NCBI RefSeq assembly: GCF_009914755.1
Contig: NC_060946.1
Source of the DNA: the human T2T-CHM13v2.0 reference genome, Homo sapiens
Direction: 5' to 3' (one strand)
DNA length: 64,000 nucleotides
Position numbers and translations under genes: made by a program. Below are positions 1 to 13,704 of the stretch, in pieces (the stretch's first letter is position 1; each line of letters starts with the position of its first letter). The notes below the pieces were generated by a model. That model searched no databases. It was not told the DNA's origin and was given only the letters and a program-made list of their open reading frames with translations.

Positions 1-9
1 TAGGTGTCA

Positions 10-168
10 GCTCTGTGAACACAGGGACTTGCCTGTTTTGCACACAGTGTGTCCTCAATCCTGTTCTGGGCCCCCCTCACAGTAGGAGGTGCTGCTCAGG
101 CAATGCATGCTCAGGCACACAGGACTGCTCAGGCAATGCGTGCTGAGCAAATGAATACATGAATGAAG
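10..168 (+). mobile_element. L2 3'-end fragment containing a small 33-bp-period duplication (ctgctcaggcaatgc at 92 and 125)
   Basis: gggacttgcctgttttgcac...cacagtaggaggtgct...aaatgaatacatgaatgaa resembles the L2 terminus. Confidence 0.5.
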
Positions 169-1457
169 CTGTGCTGTGATCCCTCATGCCTTCTCATCCT
201 ATCCTGACACTTGCACCCACTCTTTTGAAAAGAAGCCATTAGTGGGTGGCATAAGTACGTGTTTGTGACATGAATGGATGCATAAACAGAAAGGCAGTGG
301 TGGAGGATGGGGGAGAATGCATGAAGTTCTGCAGTGTTGAGAGGAGAGAAATACTCCCACAGCCCAGGCTGCATGCCCTCGGCCTGATGGGATCCCAGGT
401 GAGGATGGAGCGAGGCTGCTGGGGGCTTGGTGAGTGAGAACGTCAGGACATGAATGACCTTTGTCTTCGTGCTGACACACCACTGCAAGCTCAGGGGTCT
501 GGTTCCGAGGAAGGCATGAACATGGGTGAAGTTAGGCGCCACAGTCCGGGAGAGCCTGTTCAATTGAATTCGCCACCAATATCATCTGGGTGAGCTTTTG
601 TGAGATACTCAGCTGCTGCTTGGAGCCCCTGCTCACCATCTGGAAATGAGGATGCTACACCTACCCAGCAGAACCCATGCACAGTGCCTCAGGGGAGAAA
701 GGCAGCAGGAAGGAGGTCAGATCAGTGGGCCCTGGACATCCTGCCTCCCCGGCTGTGGGGCTTGTGGCTGCCTCTCCAGGGCCCAGCCCAGCTCTCAGAC
801 CAATTTCTCAGTGAGGCATGAGAAACCAATGATGATAGAATACTGCTTAGACATTACCCCCTAAAGATGGTTTTCAATTAATTTGCATGAATGTTTCTTT
901 CTCAATGACTAATTGATTGAGTTCCCATATTGTTCTCCAAAGGATAGCTATTTTCACAATTGCAGCTGCTCTTTCATTCAGCCGGCTTCCCTCAGGGCCT
1001 ACTTGGGGCAGGGCTGGGGCTGGGCGTGGAGACCCAACCATGGTCGGTCCAGTCCTGGCCCACAGTCAACTCTTATCTGCTGGGGGAGGCAGCCAGCAGA
1101 CAGAAGCCAGGACTGTGGGGCAGGGCCTGAGTGGGGAGGGCTAAGTCAGCTCCCAGGGTGACCCAGCTCTGCTGAGACCTCTCTGCCAGCAAAGAGGTCA
1201 CTAAGGGAAGTCCGGCCCTCCCCTTTTCCTGATGGCTGGTTTATCTGTCTGTTCCTGCCCCTCCTCTTGCCGCTCAGTCGTTGAGGTGCTTTCCACCAGC
1301 TCCCTTTGACTTGGTCTTACCTCTGCTGCTTAGCAGAGAGGTCTCAGTAGGAGCTGGGTCACCCTGGGAGCTGACAAACAAGGAATTAAATATCCTTGGC
1401 GCTGGTTCAAGGTCACTGGATCCTGTGGGTGACAGAGATGGTGAGATAGGTGGTTGT

Positions 1458-1831
1458 CGACAAAGACTCTTTGCTTGATCGAACTTTTTCTGGCTCCTCT
1501 GAGCCTCTTCTGCACTCAGCCTTGGCCTGATTAGCCCCATTTCAGCAGAGTCCTGCTAAGCCAGTTTGCTGAGCATCCTTTCACACTTGGTATCTACTCC
1601 AGCTCCTCTTTCCTTCTTGATATCTGATCACCTCTAGGAAGAATCCTATTGGGCCAGTTTAGCAAGAATTTTCTACCCTTGATACCCACTCAAGTCCCTC
1701 TGGGTCATTTTCCATCCTGTCCTTGCTGAATTCAGAGTTGAGCCCAATCTCTCCCCTCTATGGCAGTAGTCTCAAATAAAGCTTGTCTTGCCATTTTAAG
1801 CAAGTGTCTGATGAATAATTTTTCTATTACA
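1458..1831 (+). mobile_element. Solo LTR, MER31-like (MER4-group ERV1)
   Basis: Starts cgacaaagactctttgcttga and ends aataatttttctattaca; AATAAA near 1776; homologous to the LTRs at 12413, 30132 and 35300. Confidence 0.75.
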
Positions 1832-2024
1832 GTGGGAAGAGATGGGGAACAATGGAGAGGAATGAGGAGGGGCAGGATAAAGTCTTTGTAAGGCAGAGGG
1901 GTTTAGATTTTCTGTAAAGACCACAGTGCGCCTCACCCTGAGTTAAATGCTCAAAAGCTTCCAGAAAGAGAAAAGTCCAGGCCCTTCTTCTGAGGACCAG
2001 AGGAACCACCTGTGTAGTTTAGGG

Positions 2025-2390
2025 TGAGCCCTGAGCTGAGTTCAAGTCTCCTTCCAAACCCCCCGATCTGTGCCCCGGCTGGACCTCAGTTGCCCTATGT
2101 GTGAAGTGGACCAATGAGGAAGGCAGCCAGTGTTTCCTGCATGTTGCTGTCCAAGCTTCCTACAGCACCCAGGGGCCATGGAATTATAACTGGCTACTGG
2201 ACTGTGAAGTACTAGTGAGATGGATGCTGACCCCAGGCGCTCTTTTTGGTGTGTCCTCTCCTGACACAGAAACAGTGGGGCAGGGGCTGAAATCATTTAC
2301 TAATGAGGGCTGGGGGGCTCAGAGAGGTGGAGGGCTCAAGGTCACACAACACTTAGTGGCGGTGGGCTGAGCTGGGATGCAGCCTTCATC
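2025..2390. mobile_element. MIR fragments in both orientations
   Basis: cctcagttgccctatgtgtgaagtgg and ggctcagagaggtggagggctcaaggtcacac resemble the MIR core. Confidence 0.45.
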
Positions 2391-3499
2391 CCCTCAGACA
2401 CTGCCTCCTTATCAGCTGCACAGCAAATGCGTATGGAGCCCCTGGCTTTGCTCTCACATCAGGCCGGCATCTGACCCTCGGAACCCAGCCACTTCTCTCT
2501 GTAACTGCATCAGATTCCTTTATTCTTTCTGAGCTGTGACCCAGAAAAACCCCATTTATGGAGCACAAAGCTTGCTGCCTGCCTGGAATTCACGAGCAAG
2601 CACATAATCACTCCCTTTGGATACCCAGTGCTTCGGGTGGAGAAGGAGGCCCTGCCAGTAGGAACCAGACCAAATGTGCTGAAGGTGCAGGAGCACGTGG
2701 GGCCCATCTCTCTGCACCTGGGATCTGTAGTGCTCAGGACCTGGCACCAGGCAGAATTTGTTTTCTTGCTTTGAATGGATAAAAGATGGAGCCTTACAAA
2801 AGCAATGGCCTGAGCAGAGGAGGCAGCCCCATTAGGAGATATGCCTTGGAGCTGAGCCCTTTTGGGGACAGGCTGATGGGAATAGGAGCAGAGGGCTCCA
2901 GAAGAAGGACCAGGGATCAGAAATATTAAAGAGTCCTCAGAGGCAGGTTGAGCCTCCACCTTCACCTGTTAGAGATTGTCTGGAAATCTGGTGCAAATCC
3001 TATACCCAGGAGTGGGGGCTCCCCAGGCACTGAAGGCACAGAGTCTTCATGATCAGTAAACCAGTGCTGTGTAGAGGTGGACAGCACTCCCTGTCAGGAA
3101 AACAAATGCATTTCTCTGTTTTCCTAGAAGTTTGGAAATCCAGGCTCCTGCCTTTTAGTTACAAAGCACCTGGGCCCCTTTGCTAGGCACTGACTGAGAA
3201 TCCAAGCAGGGCAGACCTATGCTGGGAGCTGAATCCATACTGATGACCAACCCAGGCCTTTTCCTGGGAGCTTCCCAGTCCAGTGAAGGGCACAGACTAG
3301 AACCAGAAATGTTCCAAAAATGGTGTGGCAAGTGCATGGCTGAACCCAGGAAACTGGGGTCAGAGAGAGAGAGGAGGTGGCTACTGGCCTAAGACTTGAA
3401 ACAAGACAGTGATTTCACCAACTTTCTAAATTGGAAAGAGCAGTTTAGACAGAACGGGCAAATCTGCAAAGGCACAGTGTTGAGGTCCCCAAATATAAT

Positions 3500-3651
3500 T
3501 GGTTCTTTTATAGAGGCATCAATCCCATTCATGAGAGCACCATCCTCATGAGCTAATCACCTCCTAAATGTCCCCCTTCTTAATTCTGTTGCACTGGGGA
3601 TTAAGTTTCAACATGAATTTTGGAGAGGCCACCATCATTCAATCCATAGCA
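3500..3651 (-). mobile_element. MaLR LTR fragment (MST/MLT1A-like)
   Basis: aatcccattcatgagagc...taatcacctcc...ggggattaagtttcaacatgaattttggag...atccatagca. Confidence 0.7.
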
Positions 3652-3699
3652 GAAAGCAAATCCTGAATGGGATGCATGGAGCAGCTCCACGAGGGCCCT

Positions 3700-6600
3700 G
3701 GAAAGGAAATAACAGCAGGCAGATTGGCAAAGTAGAGAAGAATTTGAAGAAGCGCCAAACTGGTGGTTAGGTCCCCATTTTATTTTCCTCTGCTATTGCC
3801 CAGACTGGACTTGAAGTCTGCATGAAATATCAAAGAATGCACCAGTTACAGAGAAAAAGAGCTTAAAGAAGAACCTTTGATTTCTGGCCAGAGGAATGGG
3901 AAAGTATACACCAATGGTCCAGAGACAGAGGGGAAAATTCATTGTTTTTTCCCCACTTTTATTCATTTTCTCTTGCCCCAGCTACCCAGGCAATCTTTCT
4001 AGGGTGCAAAAGAAGTGGAGGCTGGAAAGAAACTCCAAACACTTAGGAAAGGCAATACTTTCCTATGACTAGGGGTGGTAATAGAAGCAATAGAATGAGT
4101 TTCTGTTCCTGTTTTTCCTCTCATCCTGCTGTTTGACCTAGACACAATGTGGTTTTGGAAAATAATAGCAGAGCAGAAAAATGTTAGCCTCAAGTTTCTG
4201 GCTCAAGGACTGCAAAAGGGAGCTCCAGGGAACCAAAAAGAGTTGGAGACATCATGAAGAGAAAGGAGACCAAGGAGCTGTCCTATAAAACTATGTATAA
4301 ACTCTTGAGTTCACCTTCAAGCTGTGCATGAATGGATCTGACCTTCAATAACAACCCGGAGACTTTGAGAGCTGAACTACGGACTGCACCATTGCCCAAG
4401 TCTGAGATTGGCCACTCGATGGCTCACACTGGAAAATCTTAATAGCACTGCAAAGCATTTAAAAACTTTTCAAACACAGAAGAAATGGTCAGAACTATGT
4501 TCTGAACATAACCAGATTGATTATCTGCTAAACAAAATCATCAACTATATAATATAGTATTTAAAATTTTCAAGATATAATCCAAAATTAATTGGTATAC
4601 AAAGAACCAGGACAAAGATAGCTTGTAAGGTAAAAGTTAATCACAGACACCAACACCAAGATGACACTTACGTTGAAATTATTAGAAAAACACTTTAAAA
4701 TAGCTATCAAAACCATGCTCTATGAAGTAATGGCAAACACTTGGAAACAAATGGAAAGGAAGAAAGTCTTCACAAGGAAAAATAAGTTATAATGAAGAAT
4801 AAAATAAAAATCTTAGGACCAAAGAATATAATAACTGAAATTTTAAATATTCAAATGAATTTGATAGCAGATTGGAGATGACAAAGAGGAAACCGGAAGA
4901 TAAGTTAATATAAAGTATCAATTCTGAATCAGAAAGAAAACATATTAAGAAAATGTATGGAACCCCAGGGACCTGTGAAAGAAAAACAAAGTTCTAACAT
5001 TTATGTAATTAGAGTCCCAGAGAAGTAAGAATAAGATACAGGAAAAAAAAAATACTTGAAAAAAAAAGTACTGGTTTAAAACTTCCCAAATTTGGGGAAA
5101 GACATAAACTTACAGATTCAAGAACAAGTTAAACTCAAAGAAATTCTTCACCAGAAAAATAATAATCAAACTGCTGAAAACTAAAAAAAAAAAAAGGTAT
5201 CCAGAGAAAGACACTGAATAGAATGTAAGGTAGTAATCATTCAAATAACTGCAGATTTCTCATGACAAAACAGGAAGACTAGAAGGAACGAAGTGACATC
5301 ACATTGTTAAGTACTGAGAAAAAGAAGTATTGACCCAGAATTCTAGATTCCACAGCAATATCTTTCAGGAGTGAAAGAGACAGATGAAGAAAGTTTAAGA
5401 TAACTTGTGGCCAGTAAGCCTGCTTTAAAATAAATACTGAAGGAAGCTTTTCAGAACTAAGAAAAATTATACCAGACAGATATTTGGAACACTGAGAATG
5501 AAGGAAGAGCAAAGGAAATGGTGACTATCTAGGTAAACATAATGATACATTATTTTCCTCTTAAGTTCTTTAAAATAAGTATGATTACTGAAAGGAAAAA
5601 TTATTGAGATTTTCAATGATTGTAAACATGATATACATAAATGCTACCACATACAAGAAATGGTAAAGAAACTATCATGGTGAGGTTTCTGTATTCCACT
5701 TGAAGTGGTAAAATGTTAATTCATACTTAACTATGAAAAGCATGTACATTATAACTCCTATGACAATCACTAAAATCTACACAAAAGTTACAGGATAGTA
5801 CTAAATAGATAAAATAATATACTAAAATATTAAAATAATGCAGTCAGACAAAACAACAACAAAAAGGTAAGTAGTCTAAATACACATGCCAATTAAAAGA
5901 CAGAAATTGGAAGTAAGTCATAAAAACCACATATGGTGTGATTTCATTTATGTGAAATGTCCAGAATAGGCAAATTCACAGAGAGAGAAAGTAAATTAGT
6001 GGGTGCCTGGGGCTGATTCAGGGGAAAAATTGAATGGCTGGTAATGAGTATGGAGCCTCTTTTTGAGGTGTTTAAAATGTTCTAAAATTAGATTGTGGTG
6101 ATGATTACACAATTCTGTGAATATACTGAAAAGCAAGCAACTGTATACCTTAAATGAGTTAATTTTATGGCATTTGAAATATAGCTCATAATACTGTAAA
6201 AATTGACACATTAGAAAATAAAATAGTATAATTATATTTTAAAAGATAATCAAAATGGATGAAAGACACAATTATATGGTCTTTAAAAATTCCACTTTGA
6301 GTATAATAATATGGGTAAGTTAAAAGTAAAACGATGGATAAAGATATATAATGTACACATTAATCAAAGGAAACCTGAAATGGTTATGCTAATACCATGT
6401 GTTGACTTCAGAACAAAAAAAAAAAGATCAGAGATAAAGAGGGGTATTTCAGAATAATAAAAGGGCTAAATTACCAATCAAGAAGATATAATAACCCTAA
6501 ATTGGTTTGCACCTAAAAATAGAGCTTCAAAATATATGAAGCAAAAACTGATAGAACTGAAAGGAGAAATGAACAAATTGGTAATTATATTTGGAGACTT

Positions 6601-8990
6601 CAACACATCCTTGTTAGTGGTCAATAGAACAAGTAGGTGGAAATCCTGGAAAAATGTAGAAGACTGAACTACACCTTTAGTCCCATCCACTAAATCAATC
6701 AATATAATTCACCGTATTAAAAGAATAAAAAGAAAAACCATATGATTAACCAAATTTTTGCAAAAAAAATTTGACAAAATTCAACTCCTTTCATGACAAA
6801 AACTGTCAACAAACTAGGAATAGGAAATGTCAGAAATTTTCTTCACCTGATAAAGGACATCTTCCAAAAACCTACAGCTAACGTCGTACTTAATGAAAAT
6901 CTCAATGCTTTCTTCCTAAGATTAGGAATAAGACAAAAGATGTACACTTTCATCACTTCTATTTAACATCAGCTACTAGAGGTCCTAGGCAGTGCATTAA
7001 AGCAAAAGAAAGAGAAAAAGAAGAAAGAAAAAAAAGAAGAAAAGAAAGGAAGAAAGAAAGAGCATACACATTGAACAGGAAGAAATAAAATTGTCACTAT
7101 TCACATATGAAGCTATTATGTATATAGAAAATCTTAAGGAATCTTTTGAAAAGTTGCTACAATAAATACATTTACTACAGATGCAAGATAAAAAAGGTCA
7201 ATATAAAAATTATATTTTTACATATTTACAATGAGCATTTGGAAACCCAAATTAATAGAAATAACACTACTAAAAATAGTTTCATACAAAGTGGAATACT
7301 GGGCTGTAAACCTAACAAATATGTACAGAATTAGTATGCTAGAAACATCAAAACATGGATTAAGAAATCAAAGACCTACATAAATGGAGAGATACTATAT
7401 TCGTGGATAGGAAGACTCAATATAGCTAAGATACAAATTCTTCCCATATGGACCTATAGATTTAATGCAGTTCAACAAAAATCCAGGCTGGGTTTTTGTT
7501 TTTTGGAGACATAAACTAATTCTAAAATGTGTAAGCAAAACGAAAGGAACTACAATAGCCAAAACAACTTTTAAAGAGAGGAATCAAGTTGGAAAAACTA
7601 TACTACCTAATTTTAAGACTTATTTTAAAACAACAGTAATCAAGACAATGTGATATGGCAAAGGGATAGATCTATGAATCAAAGGAACAGAATGGAAAAT
7701 ACAGAAACAGTATGTGTAATTGACTCCCGACAAAGGTTCACTAGAGAAAGGATTATCTTTTCAACAAATGGTGCTGGAACAATTGGGCATTTGTATATAA
7801 AAAAGAACCTGGATTTAAATTTCACAATTCATACAAAAATCAGTTCAAAGAGAGTTATAGATCTAAATGTAAAAGTGCAATTATAAACTTTTTAGAGGAA
7901 AAATTATAGGGGTAAAGTATTTACGACCTGTTAGGCAAGGAACACCAAAAATATGGCTTATAAACGGAAAAGAAAGATAAATAAGACCTTATCAAAACAA
8001 AAGATTTTGCTCTGTAAAAGACCTTGTTAAAAGGATAAAAAGACAAATTCCAGACTAGGAGAGAGTATTTGTAAGTCACATATTTGATAAAAGACCTCTA
8101 TTCAGAGTATATTTTTTAAAAACCTCTCAAATTCAACAGTTAGAAACAAACAATCCGATGGAGATAAAATAAGCATAAGATTTGAACAGACGCTTCATTA
8201 AGTTAAGACATACAGATGGCAAAAAGGAACATGAAAAGATACTCAACATTATTAGCCATTAGGGAAATGCAAATTAAAACCACCATGAGATGTCTCTACA
8301 CACTTATTGTACAAGGTAAAATTAAAAATCTGACAGTATCAAGAGCTGCTGAGGATGTGGAACTACTGGAATACACATATATTGCTGACGTGTCTTATAT
8401 TGTTGAATGCAAAATAGTACACAGAGCTATTCTGGAAAACAGTTTGGCAATTTCTTATAAAATTAATCATGTACTTACCATGTGACCCAGCAATCCAATC
8501 CCATTCTTAGGTATTTACTACGGAGAAATGAAAGCTCTGCACATGTATGTTTACAGCAGCTTTATTCATAATCATGAAAAAGTAGAGAGAACCCAAGGGT
8601 CCTCTAGCAGGTAAATGGACAGACTGTACTGCCTCCATGTGACGCAGTCTATGTGTCAATAAAAAACAAATGAATATTTATAGATGCAACAACATGGATA
8701 CATTTCAAGGGCGTTAGGCTACGGGAAAGAAGACAGTCTCACCGTATGATTCCACTTATATCATCCCTACAAAGGCTAAATGAGAAAGACAAAGAATAGC
8801 TCAGTGGTTTCCAGGTTACAGGGGTTGGGGGAAGCTTCAGGGAATAATTTGGGGGTGATGAGATTGTTCTCTACCTTGATTATAGTGGCAGTTATGTGAA
8901 TCTGTGTGTGTGAAATCTCATTGAACTGTAAACCAAAAAAGTCATTTTACTGCATGTTAATAATGTTTTAAAATTTTTACTATAAATTAT
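3700..8990 (+). mobile_element. Old degenerate L1M: 5'/ORF1 remnants, ORF2 remnants with internal deletions, 3' UTR
   Basis: A-rich sense strand; ORF2-like peptides (7465-7886, 8216-8485 [20 protein letters not shown]); endonuclease motif ggagacttcaacac near 6592; L1M-type 3' UTR at 8740-8970. Confidence 0.85.
5915..6195 (+). mobile_element. L1MB-type 3' end nested in the older L1
   Basis: tgtgatttcatttatgtgaaatgtccagaataggcaaattc...aaatgttctaaaattagattgtggtgatg. Confidence 0.75.
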
Positions 8991-9040
8991 TTTTTAGAAT
9001 TATTATTAAATAATAAGTGTTCTATGGGTTTCTACTACAA

Positions 9041-11600
9041 CTTTCTTTTTTAATATTTGTTTTATTTCAATAGCTTTAGGGGTACAAATGATTGTTGGTT
9101 ACCTGGATGAATTGTATAGTGGTGCAGTCTGGGGTTTTTGTGTACCTGTCATCCTAATAGTGTACACTGTATACAAAAGGTAATATTTCATCCTTACCCC
9201 TTTCCCACCTTCCCCTCTTCTGAGTCTCCAATGTCCATAATACCACTCTGCATGCCATGGCATACCAAAAGCTTAGCTCCCACTTATAAGTGAGAACATG
9301 TGGTATTTGATTTTCTGTAGCTGAGTTACTTCACTTAGGATAATGGCCTCCAGTTCCATACAAATTGCTGCAAAATATATTATTTTGTTCTGTTTTGTGG
9401 CTGAGTAGTTTTATTATATAAATATATATGTATATATATACACACACCTAAATCATTGAAGAAGGACCATATAAATATATATCACATTTATATATATTAA
9501 ATATGCCATATATATTATATATATTTTATATATATATCACATTTTCTTTATCCACTAATTGATTGAAGGGCACTTAGATTGATTCTATATCTGCAACTGT
9601 GAATTGTGGTGTGATCAACATGCTTGTGTAGATGTCTTTTTTATATACTGACTTCTTTTCCTTTGAGTAGATACCCAGTAATGGGATTGGTGAATTGAAT
9701 GGTAGATCTACTTTCAGTTTTTTGAGAAATCTTCATACTGTTTTCCATAGTGGTTGTATTAATTTACATTCCAACCAGCAGTGTATAAGTGTTCCCTTTT
9801 AACTTATATCCGTGCCAACATCTGTTGTTGTGATGGTTAATATTAGTTGTCAATTTGATTGGATTGAGGGATGCCTAGATGGCTGGTAAACTATTGCTTC
9901 TGAGTGTGTCTGTGAGGGTGTTGGCAGAGGAGATTGACGTTTGGGTCGGTGGACTGGGAGAGGAAGACCCATCCCTCAATGTGGGTGGGCACCATCCACT
10001 GGGCTGCCAGAGTGGCCAGGACAAAGCAGGTGGAGGACGGTGGGATGACCTTGCTTGCTGGGTCTCCTGGCTTCCTTCTCTTTCCTGTGCTGGATGCTTC
10101 CTTCTCCTCCTCCTGCCCCTGGACATCAGGATCTAGATTCTTTGGTCTTTGGACTCTGGGACTTGTCCCAGTGGCTTCCCTGGGGGTTCTGAGGCCTTTG
10201 TCTAGCAGACTGAAGATGGCACTCTCAGCTTCCTGGTCTTGAGGCTTTTGGACTCAGACTGAACAACTGCTGGCTTTTCTCTTCCTCAGCTTGCAGATGG
10301 CCTATTGCGGGGCTTCGCCTTGTAATTGTGTGAGCCAATTCTCCCTAATAAATTTCCTTTCATATATAAATAGATCCTATTAGTTCTGTCCCTCCAGAGA
10401 ACCCTGACTCATACAATTGTCTTTTGACTTCTCAGTAATGGCCATTCTGGCTGGAGTGAAGTGGTATCTCATTGCTGTTTTAATTTGCATTTCCCTGATG
10501 TTGAATGACGTTGAGCATTTTTTCATGTTTGTTGGCCATATGTGTATCTTCTTTGGGGAAATGTCTGTTTATGTCGTTTGCCCACTTTTTATTGGGATTA
10601 TTTGTTTCTTGTTAATTTCCTTGAGTTCCCTGTAGATTCTGGACATTAGTACTTCACTGGAGGTACAGTTTGTAAATATTTCTCCCATTCTATAGGTTGT
10701 CTGTTTACTCTGTTGATTATTTCTTTTGCTATGCAGAAGCTTTTTAGTTCTCCTAGATATGATAAATGAATTCAGTAAACTCTCAGGTTACAAAATTAAT
10801 GTACACAAATCAGTAGCACTGCTGTATATAAACAACAATCAAGCTGAGAATTAAATCAGGAACTCAATCCCATTTACAGTAGCTACACAAAAAACCACCT
10901 AGGAATATAACCAAGGAGGTGAAAGAGCTCTACAAGAAGAACCACAAAACACGGCTGAAAGAAACAATAGATGACACAAACAAATGGAAAAACATCCTAT
11001 GCTCATGGGTCAGAAGAACCAATATCATGAAAATGATCATACAGCCCAAAACCATCAACATATTCAATGCAGTTCCTATCAAAATGCCAATGTCATTTTC
11101 CCCAAAATTAGAAAAAACAATCCTAAAATCCCTATATAGCCAAAAAAAAATCGTGAATAGCCAAAGCATCCTGAGGAAAAAGAACAAATCTGGTGGCATC
11201 ACATTACCCCACTTCAAATTATACTACAAGGCTGTAGTAACCAAAACAGCATGGTACTGATATAAAAATACCATAGACCAATGGGAACAGAATAGAGAAC
11301 CCAGAAATAAATCCAAATATCTACAACCAACTGATCTTTGACAAACCAGACAACAACAGATATTGGAGAAAGGACACCCTGTTCAATAAATGGTGCTGGG
11401 AAAACTGGATAGTCACATTTAGAAGAATGAAACTGAAGCCCTGTCTCTCACCGTATATAAAAATCAACTCAAGATGGAGTAAAGACTTAAATCTAAGACC
11501 AAAACCCATAAAAATTCTGGAAGAAAACCTAGAAAAAACTCTTCTGGACATTGGCCTAGGCAAAGGATTTATGACAAAGACCTCAAAAGCAAATGCAGTA
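9041..11600 (-). mobile_element. L1PB with 5' inversion: 3' part on minus (9041-10749), inverted ORF2 part on plus (10750-11600)
   Basis: L1PB-type 3' end (ttttatttcaatagctttaggggtacaa); strand switch at 10749/10750; plus-strand ORF2 peptide 10919-11260 ([26 protein letters not shown]). Confidence 0.88.
9829..10415 (+). mobile_element. MLT2B-type solo LTR (ERVL) inserted in the L1PB
   Basis: tgtgatggttaatattag...ccctgactcataca, TG..CA termini, 5-bp TSD gttgt/attgt. Confidence 0.88.
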
Positions 11601-12412
11601 AATGCAATTTTTAAAATTAAAAATTTAAAACATGATACAATGTTATAAAAATGCCTGGCTCATACGTATACACAATACTTCTTGGCTTCATGCTTCTTTT
11701 TGCTGATTAAATACATTATTCAAAAGATTCTATTGTATTAATGTGGGATGAATGAACATTTGTGACCAGCAACACAAAGAGGCCGCCCCAGTTTCTAAGC
11801 AGCATCCCAGCCTCTACTTTCACCTGACAATACCAGAAGGGCTCCCTGTAGTTTACCTCACCACCCTGTGTCCCAGCCTTAGGGTGGGCCTACTGCCCTT
11901 TCATAAACTCATTGTGGTTGGGTTTTGGCAGCTGATAATGGTCGTGACACACCTAATGGAGATTCTGGAGAGACAGGGCTAAAAGTAGTCTGACTCTACC
12001 CTGCCAAATCTTTGTCTGGGCTACTTTTTTAACTACTTCTGCCCCTGTGATGCACTCCCCACAATGTGCTCTCCATACCCCAATTAGGAGCCCTGAGGGG
12101 ACAGCAGGGTCTCTGTCTGAGTTACCTCAGTGTCCCTGGAGCCTGGTCCAGAAGAGGCTGTGGATGAGGCGGAAAGGTGCTCAGCAGGACAACCATGCCA
12201 GGTTGGCCATGTCCTCAGACCCCAAAGGAGAGCTCTTTGAGGGTCAAGACCATGTCTTCTCTAGCCTTATAAGCTCTAGTGGGTTCCATTCAGGCCCGGT
12301 GATGGTGGTGCATGAGGCAGCACCTAGACCTGGTCTAGGCTGAAGTCAATGTATGGCCAAGGGTAGAGCTGTTGCCTGCCTCCCTCCAGCAGAGGAAAGG
12401 GCTCCTGGGGGG

Positions 12413-12850
12413 TGTTAAAAATTAGAAAAAATATTCAACGCCACTTGATAAAGCATTCAGAACCACTGAGATAGCTATAGGGACCACTGAAATGGGATTT
12501 TGCAGTGGGAAAGGGATTGGGCTTAACTTCAAATACAGCACAGGGAATTGAGAACTTATAGCCAAGGAGCAGGGTGGGAGGGAATGGATGGAAAATTACT
12601 AGGAGGAAACATCAGGGGTCAGGGGATTCTGCCTAAAGTGACCTAACAGGATTCTTGCTGAGGACAGGCCAGGGTGACCAGACATCACCCGGGGAATGGT
12701 GGAGGATGAGGAAGTGGGTCAGATAGTGAGGATGATCAGATATCAAAGATGGGGGGAGTCTTGATAAACTTGAATTTTTCAAGGACGTGCACAGCTGGGG
12801 TGTGATTCAAGAACCTGACTAAAGTCTGGACAAGCAAAAAATTGTTGTCT
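12413..12850 (-). mobile_element. Solo LTR, MER31-like
   Basis: Colinear with the provirus LTRs at 30132 and 35300 (gatggaaaattactaggaggaaacatcagggg...ttgctgaggacaggccagggtgacc). Confidence 0.82.
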
Positions 12851-13704
12851 GAGAACAACATGTGCACACTGGACCCAGGCCGGCTCTTCCTCTACCCTAC
12901 TAATGAAGTGCCCTTGTGCGCCCTGGTGACTCTTCATGAAGCAGGAGTTAGAGAACAAATCAGCACCAAATAATATTTTTACTAAATTTCTGCTCTCCAG
13001 CCTGTGCAGTTGTATCAACTTGTTAGTGGGCCTTTGGGAACGCCACGGTGCATACTGATGTTGGTTCATGCCAATTACGAGGCTGAGTGATGAAATAGCC
13101 TTGTATCATTTCACCAGCGCATGGGAACAGCAGGTGAATGCTATAGTTTATGATTTTCAATTATAAATCAAATAGACTGAGTTCTCGCTTCTCTTAATAA
13201 AGGCTGTAAAAGCGCTGAAGTGTGGACAAGCTTCTGCCTGGGAAAGAAAAACAGGTTGAGTCTATAAGCTATCACTTGTGTGGTGTTTTTGTTTTTGCCA
13301 CCGTCTGGTACATTTAGTGTTTGGAAGGACATTTTAGAATATGTGCACTGGGAGGAGCAAGAGGCAGAGGGTCCTATTAATTACCTTGGATGTGCTTGGA
13401 CAATATACACAACAGACAGAGTCATCTCAATGTCCCTCTGCTCCTCCTAATCCAGTCTTTGCAGCCCCATGGGAGGTTCTTCAGCAGAAGAGGCCAGGGC
13501 ATTTACAGTGGACCCCTGGGGGTCATTTTCCCACTGGACCAAGAGATGACATGGTGTTTTGGGTTTGTCATTAGTTCAAGTGTGGATGGAAAACCAGAGA
13601 GAATGGGGAGCAATGGCAATTCTGTCAATTTTGAGAGAATTTGATGGTTTCCTTTCCTTTGAGCATCTTGATACTGCTTGGATAAGCCAATTAATCCCGG
13701 GCAA

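Noticed and set aside
10919-11648. L1 ORF2-like ORFs as a functional reverse transcriptase
   Set aside because: Short frameshifted remnants of a truncated, inverted L1PB
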